NCBI RefSeq assembly: GCF_038433155.1
Contig: NZ_JBCDMW010000005.1
Coordinates: 1 to 60,601 of the forward strand
Source: Luteococcus sp. H101
GTDB lineage: Bacteria; Actinomycetota; Actinomycetes; Propionibacteriales; Propionibacteriaceae
Length of the DNA stretch: 60,601 nucleotides
Reading direction: 5' to 3'
The translations under genes and the position numbers were made by a program. Position 1 is the stretch's first letter. Each line of letters begins with the position of its first letter. The notes under the pieces were generated by a model. That model searched no databases and was not told the origin of the DNA. It saw only the letters and a program-made list of their open reading frames with translations. Positions 36,873 through 47,073 of this stretch are shown piece after piece.

Positions 36873-37012
36873 ATGGTCCGGATCTGGACAAGCGACGGGT
36901 TGGAGATGACCAGAGGGCGCCCGTCGGTGGGATGATGTGCAGCATCACCGGCCAGCGTGATGGGCCGCAGGGAGAAGGAACACACCCCCAGGGGTGTGCG
37001 GGAGGAGCAGCG

Positions 37013-37480
37013 ATGGGCGTGAAGGGCCATCAGGCCGTGCGCGCGGCCGTGCCGGGGTGGGAGCGATCCTCCGCCCTGGAGGCCCTGGATGACCTGGTCC
37101 AGGTGGCGGCAGCTTCGATGCCCGCCGTCGCCCGTCGGGCCCGGCTCTCCGAGAGCGAACTGCACTCCCTGCGGCACCTGATGAAGGACGACATCGGCCC
37201 CGCGGAGCTGGGGCGGGTGCTGGGCGTGACCTCGGCCGCGGCCACCGGGATCGTGGACCGGCTGGAGGCGCGGGGGCACGTGGAGCGCCGTCCCCACCCC
37301 AGCGACCGGCGGCGCACCCAGATTGACCTGACCGAGTCCGGCCGGGCGGAGGTGGTGGCCCTGTTGGCGCCGATGTTCCGCGGGCTGGCCCAGGCCGATA
37401 CCGAACTGTCCGAGGAGGAGCGTGCCGTGGTCACCCGCTTCCTGCGCCAGGCCACCGACGCGATGCGTTCCGTGATGTGA
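37013..37480 (+). CDS. MarR-family transcriptional regulator
   Basis: Winged-helix region LGVTSAAATGIVDRLEARGHVERRPHPSDRRRTQIDLTESG. Confidence 0.75.
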   Translation: MGVKGHQAVRAAVPGWERSSALEALDDLVQVAAASMPAVARRARLSESELHSLRHLMKDDIGPAELGRVLGVTSAAATGIVDRLEARGHVERRPHPSDRRRTQIDLTESGRAEVVALLAPMFRGLAQADTELSEEERAVVTRFLRQATDAMRSVM

Positions 37481-37488
37481 GGAAGCCC

Positions 37489-38445
37489 GTGAGCAACCAG
37501 CCCCTGAACAGTGAGGCCCCGAACAGCCAGGCCCCGAACAGCGAGCCCCTGTCGGTGGCCGTGATCGGCGCCGGCGCCCTGGGCGGCTACTTCGGCGCCC
37601 TGCTGCAGCAGGCCGGCCACCGGGTGCACTTCACCGCCCGCGGTGCACACCTCGACGCGTTGCGGGCACACGGCCTGCGGATCACCGGCCAGACCGAGTG
37701 CACACTGCCCGTCGACGTCACCGAGGACCCCGCCCGGATCGGCCCGGTGGACCTGGTGCTGCTGGCCGTCAAGGCCACCCAGCTCGACGAGGTGCTGCCC
37801 GGCCTGGTGCCCCTGCTGGGCGAACAGACCGCCGTGGTCACCCTGCAGAACGGGGTGGAGGCCCCCTCGCGGGTGGCCGAGGCGCTCGGCCGGGGGCACG
37901 TGCTGCCCGGCATCGTCCGGGTCTACACCCGGATTGCCCAACCGGGCGTGATCGACCACATGGGCGGGCCCGGCTCCATCACGCTGGCCGAATGGGACAA
38001 CGCCGCCACCGGGCGAGTGGCGGCGATCCGGCGGGCCCTCGAAACGGCCGGGGTCCCCAGCCCGGTGCCCGACGACATCTGGCAGGACCTGTGGCACAAG
38101 GTGATGTTCGTCGTGCCCACCGGCCTGCTGGGGGCGCTGGCCCAGGCCCCGCTGGGGGTGCAGCGCACCGACCTGCGGGAGAACCTGGCCGCGATCATGG
38201 CCGAGGTGCGCGCAGTGGGTCAGGCCCAGGGCGTCGAGCTGGCCGACGCCGTCGAACAGACCCTGGCCTTCGCCGACCGGATGCCCGCCGAGGCCACCAC
38301 CTCCATGCACCGGGACCTGGCCGCCGGAATCCCGGGTGAGCTGGACCCGCTGGTCGGCGGGGTGCGCCGCCTGGGCCGGCAAGCGGGGGTCCGCACCCCG
38401 CTGTTCGACCTGGGCCACGCCCTGCTGGAGCGACGCCAGCCCTGA
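37489..38445 (+). CDS. panE: 2-dehydropantoate 2-reductase (ketopantoate reductase)
   Basis: VAVIGAGALGGYFGALL Rossmann motif and ApbA/PanE-like C-terminal domain. gaggaag RBS. A GTG at 37477 is also possible. Confidence 0.65.
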   Translation: MSNQPLNSEAPNSQAPNSEPLSVAVIGAGALGGYFGALLQQAGHRVHFTARGAHLDALRAHGLRITGQTECTLPVDVTEDPARIGPVDLVLLAVKATQLDEVLPGLVPLLGEQTAVVTLQNGVEAPSRVAEALGRGHVLPGIVRVYTRIAQPGVIDHMGGPGSITLAEWDNAATGRVAAIRRALETAGVPSPVPDDIWQDLWHKVMFVVPTGLLGALAQAPLGVQRTDLRENLAAIMAEVRAVGQAQGVELADAVEQTLAFADRMPAEATTSMHRDLAAGIPGELDPLVGGVRRLGRQAGVRTPLFDLGHALLERRQP

Positions 38446-38476
38446 CCTCGCTCCAGCGGGTGCCACGGGCCGGGGA

Positions 38477-39013
38477 TCAGCGGCGCCCGCGCGGGGGCAG
38501 TCCCGGCCGCCCGGCGGTTCCGGCCGCCCGCACCACCCGTCGTCCCGCGGCGGAGGCCGCCCTTTCCACCGTGGTGGGATGCGCCACGGGCTCCGGCGGC
38601 ATCACGACGATGGGGCAGTGGGTGGCATAGACCAGCCGGTGGGCGAACATCGGGCCCGACTGCATCTTGCGCGGCGAGCCCAGGACGATCAGGTCCGCCT
38701 CCCGGGAGACGTCCACGAAGGCCTTCTTCCGGCCGCCCTTGACCACCCGCAGTTCGACGTCGTGTTCCGGGCCCAGCGCCCGCTCCACGGCCCGGGCGAG
38801 GGATTCGCGAACCTCCGCCTCGGTGCGCTGGGTGCTGCCCACGCGCCCGGCCGTGGTCCCCGACGGGGGTGCGGTGGGGGCGGCCGTGCGCCAGGTGCGC
38901 AGCGCAACCACCCGGCCGCCCCGCAGGTCCGCCTGCTCGGCGGCCCAGCGCAGCGCGTCGCCGGACTGGGAGCTGCCGTTGATCCCGACGACGATCGTGT
39001 ACTGCTCGCTCAT
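38477..39013 (-). CDS. universal stress protein
   Basis: IVVGINGSSQSGDALRWAA...LIVLGSPRK UspA pattern. Confidence 0.7.
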   Translation of the reverse strand: MSEQYTIVVGINGSSQSGDALRWAAEQADLRGGRVVALRTWRTAAPTAPPSGTTAGRVGSTQRTEAEVRESLARAVERALGPEHDVELRVVKGGRKKAFVDVSREADLIVLGSPRKMQSGPMFAHRLVYATHCPIVVMPPEPVAHPTTVERAASAAGRRVVRAAGTAGRPGLPPRGRR

Positions 39014-39030
39014 GATCCTCCTCCTGGCAC

Positions 39031-40503
39031 TCAGACGGGAATGTGCAGGGTCTCATTGCCCTGCTCGTCGTAGCTGGACAGCGGCGGAGCGATCTCCTCC
39101 AGGCTCTTGCCCTCGGCGTCGACGCCGAACTTGAAGGCCACCAGGCCGCCGAAGAGCATGATCAGACTGGCCGCCACGTAGCCGATGAACAGCGGGCCGC
39201 GGTCACTGCCGTCGCCCACCAGCCAGCCGAAGATGGCCGGGCCGAAGGCACCCACCGTCTGGGCGACGGCGAAGAAGTAGCTGATCGCCTGGCCACGCAC
39301 CTCCAGCGGGAAGATCTCCGAGACGGTCAGGTAGCCGGCCGAGGCGCCCGCGGAGGCGAAGAAGAAGCTGGCGCACCACAGCAGCGTGTGGGTGGTGGCG
39401 GTCAGCATGTCCTGGTTGAACATCCAGGCGGAGACCAGCAGGATCAGCGCCGCCAGGCTGTAGGAGCCGCCGATCATCTTGCGACGTCCCACGGTGTCGA
39501 AGAAGTGCCCCAGCAGCAGCGGACCCATCAGGTTGCCGGCGGCGAAGGCGAAGAAGTACAACGCCGCCTCGGAGGCCGTCTTGCCGTGGAACTTGGTGAG
39601 CACCATCGCGCTGGTGAAGAAGATGGCGTTGTAGAGGAAGCTCTGGGTGATCATCAGTGTCAGGCCCAGGAAGGTGCGCGTCGGGTAGAGCTTGAAGAAG
39701 ACCCAGGCCAGCTGCTTGGGGTTGAGCCCCTCGCGGGCCTTGATCCACATGGCATCCGCCTCGTCGTGCTGGGGCAGCTGCTTGCCCTGCGCCTGCACCT
39801 CCTCCTCGATGCCGACGACGATCCGCTCGGCCTCCTCGCCGCGGCCATGGGTGACCAGCCAGCGGGGGCTCTCCGGGATGTGGCGACGCAGGTAGATGAT
39901 GCTCAGGCCCAGGATGGGGCCCACCAGGAAGGCCAGGCGCCAGCCCATGTCCTGGGCGAAGCGGCCCTCGGCCAGCATGTAGTTGCTGACCAGCGCGCCC
40001 AGCATGGCGCCAAACCAGTAGGTGCCGTTGATGGCCAGGTCCACCCGGCCGCGGAACTTGCCGGGGATCAGCTCGTCGATGGCCGAGTTGATGGCGGAGT
40101 ACTCGCCGCCGATGCCCATGCCGGCGATGAAGCGCAGGATCCAGAAGATGTAGGTGTTGGGGGCGAAGGCCGCCGCCGCGGAGCCGATCAGGTACACGGC
40201 CAGGGTGGTGACGAACATCTTCTTGCGGCCCATGGTGTCGGTCAGGCGGCCGAAGACCAGCGCGCCGACCACCTCGCCGATCAGGTAGATGGTGGCGGTC
40301 ATGCCCACCTGGCCACTGCTCATCCCGAAGGTCTCGGCGAAGCCGGCATTGGCGACGATCTGGATCTCCAGCCCGTCGAGGATCCAGGCGGTACCCAGGC
40401 CGAAGATCACCATCCAGTGGAACCTCGACCACGGCATCTTGTCCATGCGCTCCGGGATCAAGCTGCGGATCGGCTTGTCCTGGTCAACTGCTGCCGAACT
40501 CAT
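39031..40503 (-). CDS. MFS transporter (sugar-porter-like)
   Basis: 12-TM pattern, GRLTDTMGRKK loop motif. ggaggggg RBS before ATG 40503. Confidence 0.8.
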   Translation of the reverse strand: MSSAAVDQDKPIRSLIPERMDKMPWSRFHWMVIFGLGTAWILDGLEIQIVANAGFAETFGMSSGQVGMTATIYLIGEVVGALVFGRLTDTMGRKKMFVTTLAVYLIGSAAAAFAPNTYIFWILRFIAGMGIGGEYSAINSAIDELIPGKFRGRVDLAINGTYWFGAMLGALVSNYMLAEGRFAQDMGWRLAFLVGPILGLSIIYLRRHIPESPRWLVTHGRGEEAERIVVGIEEEVQAQGKQLPQHDEADAMWIKAREGLNPKQLAWVFFKLYPTRTFLGLTLMITQSFLYNAIFFTSAMVLTKFHGKTASEAALYFFAFAAGNLMGPLLLGHFFDTVGRRKMIGGSYSLAALILLVSAWMFNQDMLTATTHTLLWCASFFFASAGASAGYLTVSEIFPLEVRGQAISYFFAVAQTVGAFGPAIFGWLVGDGSDRGPLFIGYVAASLIMLFGGLVAFKFGVDAEGKSLEEIAPPLSSYDEQGNETLHIPV

Positions 40504-40684
40504 CGGCAACCCCCTCCAGTCAGGGCGAGGCCTCGCCGCCTCACCGCGTCCCGGGGAAATTACCCCTCGGCCGGCAGGCGTCGGAAGACCACGACCACGC
40601 CCTGATGGTGAATTTCGCGGTGAGCGGAGCCGGTGGCACGACGCCCGTCCGCGGTCTGCGAACGGGCGGGTGATGCCCGAGAGC

Positions 40685-41869
40685 TCAGCCCTGCTGGTTG
40701 CGCAGGTAACGCCCGAAGTGGGGCACGGTGAAGGCCACCTTGCCGCGTTCGGTGGCGTAGATCAGACCCTTCTTCATCAGCGCGTCGCGGGCGGGCGACA
40801 GGCTCTGGGCCTTGCGGTCCAGCACCTCGGCCACCTTGGCGGTGGGCACCTGGTCCGCGTCGTCACCCCCGTCGGAGGCCTCGGCCATGGCGCGCAGGTA
40901 GTCGCGTTCGGCCGGGGTGGCGCGCTCGAAGCGGGAGCCGAAGAAGCCCACCGCCAGCTCCGCCTCCGCCTCCGGGGTGGCCACCCGCACGTCGTCGACG
41001 GTGATCGGGCTGGCCGGCGCAACATCCCAGACCACCTTGCCGTAGGCCTGGATGAAGTAGGGATAGCCGCCGGTCAGGGCATACATCTCGTCCAGCGCCT
41101 CGGGCTCGAAGGCGGCCTCCTCGTCCTCGGCCGGCAGGGTCAGCGCCAGGTCCGCGGCGGTGCGCTCCAGCCGGTCGATCCGGTTGTAGCGGAAGAGCCG
41201 CTCGGAATAGCTCTTCGACGCGGACAGCACCGCCGGCAGGTGCGGCAGCCCGGCCCCGACGATGATCAGCGGGAGCCGCTGCTGGCTGAGCTCGTGCACC
41301 GCGGCGCACATCGCGGAGACGTCCTCGGGGCGCAGGTCCTGCATCTCGTCGATGAAGACCGCGATCCCCACCCCTTGGTCCTGCGCCAGCCCGCCGATGT
41401 CGGTGAACAGCTCCACCAGGTCAATCTCGATGTCGCCGGAGTCCGCGCGCCCCTTGGTGGCGGGCACCATGATCCCCGGGTTCCACTTCTCGCTCAGCTT
41501 GGCGCCGGGCTTGGCGTCGCGCTCGATGAAGGCCTTGATGGTGCCCAGCACCGCGTCGGCGTCGGGGTGGCCGAGCTCCCGCACGGCCATGTGCAGTGCC
41601 GCGCCCAGCGGGCGTCGGATCCCCTGATCCGGCCGGGCCTCGAACTTGCCGGTGCCCCACTTGGCCCGCACGGCCTGGCTGCGCAGGGCATTGAGCAGGA
41701 CGGTCTTTCCCACGCCGCGCAGCCCGGTGAGGATGATCGAGCGCTCCGGGCGTCCGCGCGCGATCCGTTCCAGCACGACGTCGAAGGCGCGCAGCTGCTC
41801 GTCGCGGCCGGCCAGCTCGGGCGGCCGCTGGCCGGCGCCGGGGGCATAGGGATTGCGGATCGGATCCAT
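40685..41869 (-). CDS. AAA/ORC-Cdc6-like ATP-binding protein
   Basis: Walker A GLRGVGKTVLL and Walker B VFIDEMQDL. Confidence 0.6.
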   Translation of the reverse strand: MDPIRNPYAPGAGQRPPELAGRDEQLRAFDVVLERIARGRPERSIILTGLRGVGKTVLLNALRSQAVRAKWGTGKFEARPDQGIRRPLGAALHMAVRELGHPDADAVLGTIKAFIERDAKPGAKLSEKWNPGIMVPATKGRADSGDIEIDLVELFTDIGGLAQDQGVGIAVFIDEMQDLRPEDVSAMCAAVHELSQQRLPLIIVGAGLPHLPAVLSASKSYSERLFRYNRIDRLERTAADLALTLPAEDEEAAFEPEALDEMYALTGGYPYFIQAYGKVVWDVAPASPITVDDVRVATPEAEAELAVGFFGSRFERATPAERDYLRAMAEASDGGDDADQVPTAKVAEVLDRKAQSLSPARDALMKKGLIYATERGKVAFTVPHFGRYLRNQQG

Positions 41870-42024
41870 GGCTTGCAGTGTATGGGCATCTCTAGCGTTC
41901 TTGTCAGATATGGCTAGTCGACGCTATCGGTGGGTCGCCCGGGCCAGCGAATCCACGAACCGTCCTCAGCGAAACCACGAAAAGTGCTCAGCAAAACGCC
42001 GAACCCCCGGTTAGGATCCGTGCC

Positions 42025-42747
42025 ATGGACGCCCCGGTTGGCTCAATCGCCCCTGCGATGACAAGCGACGACGGACGGCGCCTGCCGCGCTGGGTGAGTT
42101 CGCTGCTGACCACGCTGGCGCTCCTGGCCATGGTCACGGCCATGTGGTTCTCCAGCCGCTATGAGCCGGGCCTGAACGCGGCGCCGCGCCCCTGTGAGCG
42201 CTGGGCCACCCCCTGCACGCCGGAGCAGGTGACCGCCATGCTGCGCCGCACCGAGTTGCTGTGGCTGGCCGGCGTGGGGCTGCTGCTGGCCTCACTGGCC
42301 GACGGCCTGCTGGCCCGGGCCCACCCGGACCTGGAGATGCGGCTGCACGGGACCCGGCCGGTGGCCCGACGGCTGCTGACCACGGCCCTGTTCGGCTTCC
42401 CGGTCTATGTGATCGGGGTGCTGGCCAGCTCCGTGCTGGGGAGCCTGGCGCCGTTCACCGCCTGCGCCCTGGTGCTGGCGGTGATGATCTCCCTGACGGC
42501 CCGGCTGGGCGGTGAGCTCCCGGCTCGACGACGGCTGGCGGCCGTCTTCGGTATGACGTTGCTCTCCCTGTTGGCGCTGCCGTGGATGCGCACCCTCGGA
42601 GGGCTGGCCGAACGCCACGCGGGAGCCGGCTGGGCCGGTGCGGTGGGCATGGCCGGTTGGTTGGGGGCGTGGGCGCTGCCCGCTGTTGGGGCGCTGCTGG
42701 CCATCCGGCAGTTGGGGTCCAGCGTGCTGGATCAGCGACGGGCCTGA
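42025..42747 (+). CDS. hypothetical membrane protein
   Basis: Multiple hydrophobic helices. No domain. Confidence 0.4.
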   Translation: MDAPVGSIAPAMTSDDGRRLPRWVSSLLTTLALLAMVTAMWFSSRYEPGLNAAPRPCERWATPCTPEQVTAMLRRTELLWLAGVGLLLASLADGLLARAHPDLEMRLHGTRPVARRLLTTALFGFPVYVIGVLASSVLGSLAPFTACALVLAVMISLTARLGGELPARRRLAAVFGMTLLSLLALPWMRTLGGLAERHAGAGWAGAVGMAGWLGAWALPAVGALLAIRQLGSSVLDQRRA

Positions 42748-42946
42748 CCGGGCAGCCGTCGGGCCGGTCCGCCTGAGGGACGCCGGAAGCCGCTCGCCGC
42801 GTTCACCCTTGTGGGTGGGCAGTTCACTGCTAGCGAATGGGTCAAATGTCCAGAAAATGGTGATCTTCGTCACATTCTCTGCTTCTCTTGATGGCGTTCA
42901 TCGAGGCTGCGGCGGGGGGCGTGGCCAGCGAAACCCAGGAGAAGAC

Positions 42947-44680
42947 ATGACCATCAACCCCCGTCGCACCACTGCCCGTCGAGCCGGGCTGGCCGCCGTC
43001 GCGATCGCTCCGTTGCTGGCCGCCCTGACCGGCCCCGGGCTGGCGCAGGCCGCGCTGCCCGCCAACCCAACCGTGGACAACTCCACCCGCGCCGGTGCGC
43101 TGGCCGCCTACCGTTCCTACAACGAGGCCGCCACCGCGGTGGCGGGCGGCTGGACCGGTAATGTCAGCAGCTGCACCCCCGGCACGGTTTCGGCGGATGC
43201 CCAGGCGGCGACGCTGGCCACCATCAACTACTACCGCTCCATGGTGGGCCTGGCTCCCGCCAGCTTCAACGCCGCCTGGTCTGCCAAGGCGCAGCAGGCC
43301 GCCCTGATGATGGAGGCCAACAACTCCCTGAGCCACAATCCGCCCAACACCTGGAAGTGCTGGACCTCCGACGGCGCCGGCGCGGCGGCCACCGGCAACC
43401 TTGCCCTGGGCTTCTCCAATGGCGCCAAGGCCATCAACGGCTACATCGACGACGCCGGCAATGACACCACGCTCGGCCATCGGCGCTGGATCCTGGACCC
43501 GCGGATCACCACCATGGGTAGCGGCTTCACCGCCCGGGGCAACTCGCTGAAGCTGTGGGAGGGGTCCGTCCCGGCCACCAATCCGGCCAACACCCCCGCC
43601 TTCGTGTCCTGGCCCGACGCCGGCTACGTGCCCAAGGTGCTGGTGCCCAAGAACAACATCTGGACCGTCTCCGCCAGCGATGCCAGCACCGACATGTCGT
43701 CGGCCACCGTCAGCATCACCAGCGACGGCAAGGCCGTCCCCGTGGAGGTCACCCGGCCCACCGCCGGCTACGGCAAGCCCGCCGTCGGCTTCAAGCCCGG
43801 GATCAGCGCGGCCGATGTCACGTCGGACAAGACCTTGGTGATCACCGTCAGCGGCATGAAGAAGGGTGGTGTGGAGCAGCCCGCCTACACCTACCGCACG
43901 ACGCTGTTCGACCAGACCCAGGACAAGTCGCCGCAGACCCTCGCGTGGACCCCGGCGGGTGACGGCCTGACGGGCAAGACGGCCACGATGATGGCCACGT
44001 CCACCTCGGGCCTGCCGGTGACCTACTCGTCGTCCACCCCGACGGTGTGCACCGTCTCCGGCGCCACGGTGAGCTACCTGGCCGAGGGCTCCTGCACCAT
44101 CACCGCCAAGCAGGCTGGGGACGCCACCTGGGCCGCCACGTCCGAGAGCCGCACCATCCTGGTTGGCCAGGCGGGCAAGGCCAGCAATGTGATCACCTGG
44201 GCCCAGCCGGCGGCTGTGGACTCCGGCACCTCGGGCACCCTGGGGGCCACCGCCTCCTCGGGGCTCGCGGTCAGCTATGCCTCGGGCACCCCGTCGGTGT
44301 GCACCGTGAGCGGCACCACCGTGAAGTACCTCAGCGGCGGCACCTGCACCGTGACGGCCAGCCAGTCCGGTAGCGCGACGGTCAATGCCGCCGCCCCGGT
44401 CACCCGGTCCTGGGCGGTCAGCGGGCTGAAGGCCAATGCCATCACCTGGAATGTGCCCACCAGTGTCACGGTGGGGCAGTCGGTTCCGCTGAACCCCACC
44501 AGCACCTCCGGCTCGGGCGCCTTCAGCTACTCGGCCTCGATGAATGCAGTCGGGGTCTGCAAGTTCGGCGCCGGCACCATGGTCTTCGGCGCCAAGGGGA
44601 CCTGCACGGTGACGGTGAAGCAGGCCGCGACCGCCACTCATGAGGCGGCCACCCTGAGCAAGACCTTCACCGTCTCCTGA
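42947..44680 (+). CDS. secreted CAP/SCP-domain protein with C-terminal Ig-like repeats
   Basis: Signal peptide. CAP-like HRRWILDP and GHYTQ-like region. Repeated PVTYSSSTPTVCTVSG.. / AVSYASGTPSVCTVSG.. segments. aggaga RBS. Confidence 0.65.
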   Translation: MTINPRRTTARRAGLAAVAIAPLLAALTGPGLAQAALPANPTVDNSTRAGALAAYRSYNEAATAVAGGWTGNVSSCTPGTVSADAQAATLATINYYRSMVGLAPASFNAAWSAKAQQAALMMEANNSLSHNPPNTWKCWTSDGAGAAATGNLALGFSNGAKAINGYIDDAGNDTTLGHRRWILDPRITTMGSGFTARGNSLKLWEGSVPATNPANTPAFVSWPDAGYVPKVLVPKNNIWTVSASDASTDMSSATVSITSDGKAVPVEVTRPTAGYGKPAVGFKPGISAADVTSDKTLVITVSGMKKGGVEQPAYTYRTTLFDQTQDKSPQTLAWTPAGDGLTGKTATMMATSTSGLPVTYSSSTPTVCTVSGATVSYLAEGSCTITAKQAGDATWAATSESRTILVGQAGKASNVITWAQPAAVDSGTSGTLGATASSGLAVSYASGTPSVCTVSGTTVKYLSGGTCTVTASQSGSATVNAAAPVTRSWAVSGLKANAITWNVPTSVTVGQSVPLNPTSTSGSGAFSYSASMNAVGVCKFGAGTMVFGAKGTCTVTVKQAATATHEAATLSKTFTVS

Positions 44681-44983
44681 CCCGACGACGGTGGGACGCG
44701 GGGTGGGCTTCGGCTCGCCCCGCGTCGCTGTGTCCGGGCACAGCACTGACCACTGTCGATCCGCGTGGGATGGCGTTGGAACAGGGGTTTGCCGGGCGGA
44801 GGCGGTGATCGTGGACCGTGTGCCGGCGCTGGACATGCGGCGCACGACTGGTGGTCAGCGGATCGCCCGTTCCCGCACGGCGCGGTAGGCGTCGGCGCTC
44901 CCCACGTTTTGGTGACGTCAACGTGTCTTAAAACATGGTCACGGCGTGACAATTCACCACGTAGTGTGTAAGGGTGTCCTTAG

Positions 44984-45002
44984 TTAGGTAAACCTCAGCT
45001 AA
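44984..45002. promoter_or_regulatory. DtxR/IdeR-type iron box candidate TTAGGTAAACCTCAGCTAA (15/19 to TTAGGTTAGCCTAACCTAA) upstream of the siderophore ABC operon
   Basis: Read from the sequence ~75 bp upstream of ATG 45077. Nearby palindromes TGACGTCA and GTCACGGCGTGAC were also noted. Confidence 0.4.
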
Positions 45003-45076
45003 CCGCGGCTGGGTGTCCCCGGCGCTGTCGCGGGGCCACCGCCGCTGCCACTCACACGAACACGCTAGGACAAGCC

Positions 45077-46015
45077 ATGTTGCGCCGGATCTTTGCCCTG
45101 ATCGCCTGCTTCCTGACCCTGGGACTGGTGGCCTGCGGCTCCACCTCCTCCGCCACCCCCGCCGCCAAGGACGGGGAGAAGGTGACCATCAAGCACACCC
45201 AGGGCAGCACCGAGGTGACCAAGAACCCCGGCAAGGTGGTGGTGCTGGACTACGCCACCCTGGACTCCATGAAGGCCCTGGGGCTGGGTGAGAAGGTTGT
45301 CGGCGTCCCCGCGAAGACGCTGCCGGACTTCCTGTCCGAGTTCAAGAAGACCGAGGACATCGGCACCATGCAGGAGCCGGACCTGGAGAAGGTGGCCGGT
45401 CTGGAGCCCGAGCTGATCATCATCGCCGGCCGCACCGCGGAGAAGTACGACGAGCTGAGCAAGGTGGCCCCCACCATCAACCTGGCGGTGGACAACACCA
45501 AGTACGTCGACTCCATGAAGGAGCAGGCCAAGAACGTCGGCACCATCTTCGGCAAGGAGTCCGAGGTGACCCAGAAGCTGGCCGACGTGGACAAGGCGAT
45601 CACCGAGACCAAGCAGGCCGCCAGCAAGGGCGATGCCAAGGCCCTGACCATCCTGACCAGCGGCGGCAAGATCTCCGCCTTCGGCCCCGGCAGCCGGTTC
45701 GGCTTCATCCACGACGTCTACGGCATCAAGCCCGCCGCCGCGGACCTGAAGGTGGACAGCCACGGCCAGGCCGTGAGCCATGAGTACCTGAGCACCACCA
45801 ATCCCGACGTGCTCTACGTGATTGACCGCGACGCCACCATCGGCCGGCAGGGCACCAGCGCCGCCAAGCTGCTGGACAATGCGCTGGTCAACAAGACCAA
45901 TGCCGCCAAGAACAAGAAGATCACCTACCTCAACGGGGCCCGCTGGTACCTGCTGGGCTCCGGCCTGGACAACACCCTGGAGATGGCCAAGGAACTCAAG
46001 GCCGGCCTGGCATGA
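45077..46015 (+). CDS. iron-siderophore ABC transporter substrate-binding lipoprotein
   Basis: Lipobox LGLVACGS. FepB/FhuD-like fold signature. Confidence 0.8.
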   Translation: MLRRIFALIACFLTLGLVACGSTSSATPAAKDGEKVTIKHTQGSTEVTKNPGKVVVLDYATLDSMKALGLGEKVVGVPAKTLPDFLSEFKKTEDIGTMQEPDLEKVAGLEPELIIIAGRTAEKYDELSKVAPTINLAVDNTKYVDSMKEQAKNVGTIFGKESEVTQKLADVDKAITETKQAASKGDAKALTILTSGGKISAFGPGSRFGFIHDVYGIKPAAADLKVDSHGQAVSHEYLSTTNPDVLYVIDRDATIGRQGTSAAKLLDNALVNKTNAAKNKKITYLNGARWYLLGSGLDNTLEMAKELKAGLA

Positions 46016-47073
46016 GCCTGACCCTCCAGGGGCGTCGCCCCCACGACGCCAGCACATCGCCCGCCGCGGTCACCCCCGCGGCGGGCGATGCCGCGTCCGC
46101 CGCCGCCGACCCCCGCGGGATGCGCGGGGCTCCTGGCGGCCATGGATCGGTGGCCCGCGGCGCGGCCTATCTGGCGGCGGTGGCCGTCGTCGCCCTGCTG
46201 GCGTTCGGCTCCCTGGTGGTGGGCGTCGCGGACCTGGACGCCAATGTGCTGCTCAACTCCCGGCTGCCCCGCACGCTGGCGCTGCTGCTGGCCGGCAGCG
46301 CGCTGGCCGTCAGCGGTCAGATCATGCAGCTGCTCACCCGCAACATCTTCGTCGAGCCGTCCACCGCCGGCACCATCGAGTTCGCCACCGCCGGGCTGCT
46401 GGTCAGCGCCCTGTGCTGGCCCGGCGCCCCGATGATCGTCAAGATGTGCTTCGGCGCCGTGGCCGCCCTGATCGGCACCGCCGTCTTCCTGCGGATCCTG
46501 TCCCACATCCCGCTGCGCGACATGCTGGTCACCCCACTGGTCGGGATGATGCTGGGCGGCGTGGTCAGCGCCGGGGTGACCTTCGTCGCCTACCGGACCG
46601 ACCTGCTGCAGTCCCTCAACTCCTGGACGACGGGTGACTTCTCCGCCGTGCTGGCCGGGCGCTACGAGCTGCTCTGGGTGGCCGGCGGCCTGACCCTGCT
46701 GGCCGGCTTCCTGGCGGACCGGTTCACCGTCGCGGGGATGGGTGAGGCCTTCACCACCAACCTGGGGCTGGACCACCGCCGCACCGTGATGATCGGGATG
46801 GCGGTGGTTGCCGTGGTCAGCGCGACGGTGGTGGTCACCGTCGGCGGGCTGCCCTTCCTCGGTCTGGTGGTGCCCAACATCGTGCGGGCCACCATTGGCG
46901 ACAACTGCCGCCGGGCCGTGCCCTGGGTGGCCCTGCTGGGCGCCGGCTTCGTCGTCGCCTGTGACCTGGCCGCCCGGCTGCTGATCCACCCCTACGAGAT
47001 GCCGATCGGCACCGTGATGGGAATCGTCGGTGCCCTGGCCTTCCTGATGATCCTGCTGCGGGGGCGACGTTGA
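46012..47073 (+). CDS. FecCD-family ABC permease
   Basis: FecCD TM pattern. ATGA overlap with the SBP gene. Confidence 0.8.
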   Translation: MSLTLQGRRPHDASTSPAAVTPAAGDAASAAADPRGMRGAPGGHGSVARGAAYLAAVAVVALLAFGSLVVGVADLDANVLLNSRLPRTLALLLAGSALAVSGQIMQLLTRNIFVEPSTAGTIEFATAGLLVSALCWPGAPMIVKMCFGAVAALIGTAVFLRILSHIPLRDMLVTPLVGMMLGGVVSAGVTFVAYRTDLLQSLNSWTTGDFSAVLAGRYELLWVAGGLTLLAGFLADRFTVAGMGEAFTTNLGLDHRRTVMIGMAVVAVVSATVVVTVGGLPFLGLVVPNIVRATIGDNCRRAVPWVALLGAGFVVACDLAARLLIHPYEMPIGTVMGIVGALAFLMILLRGRR

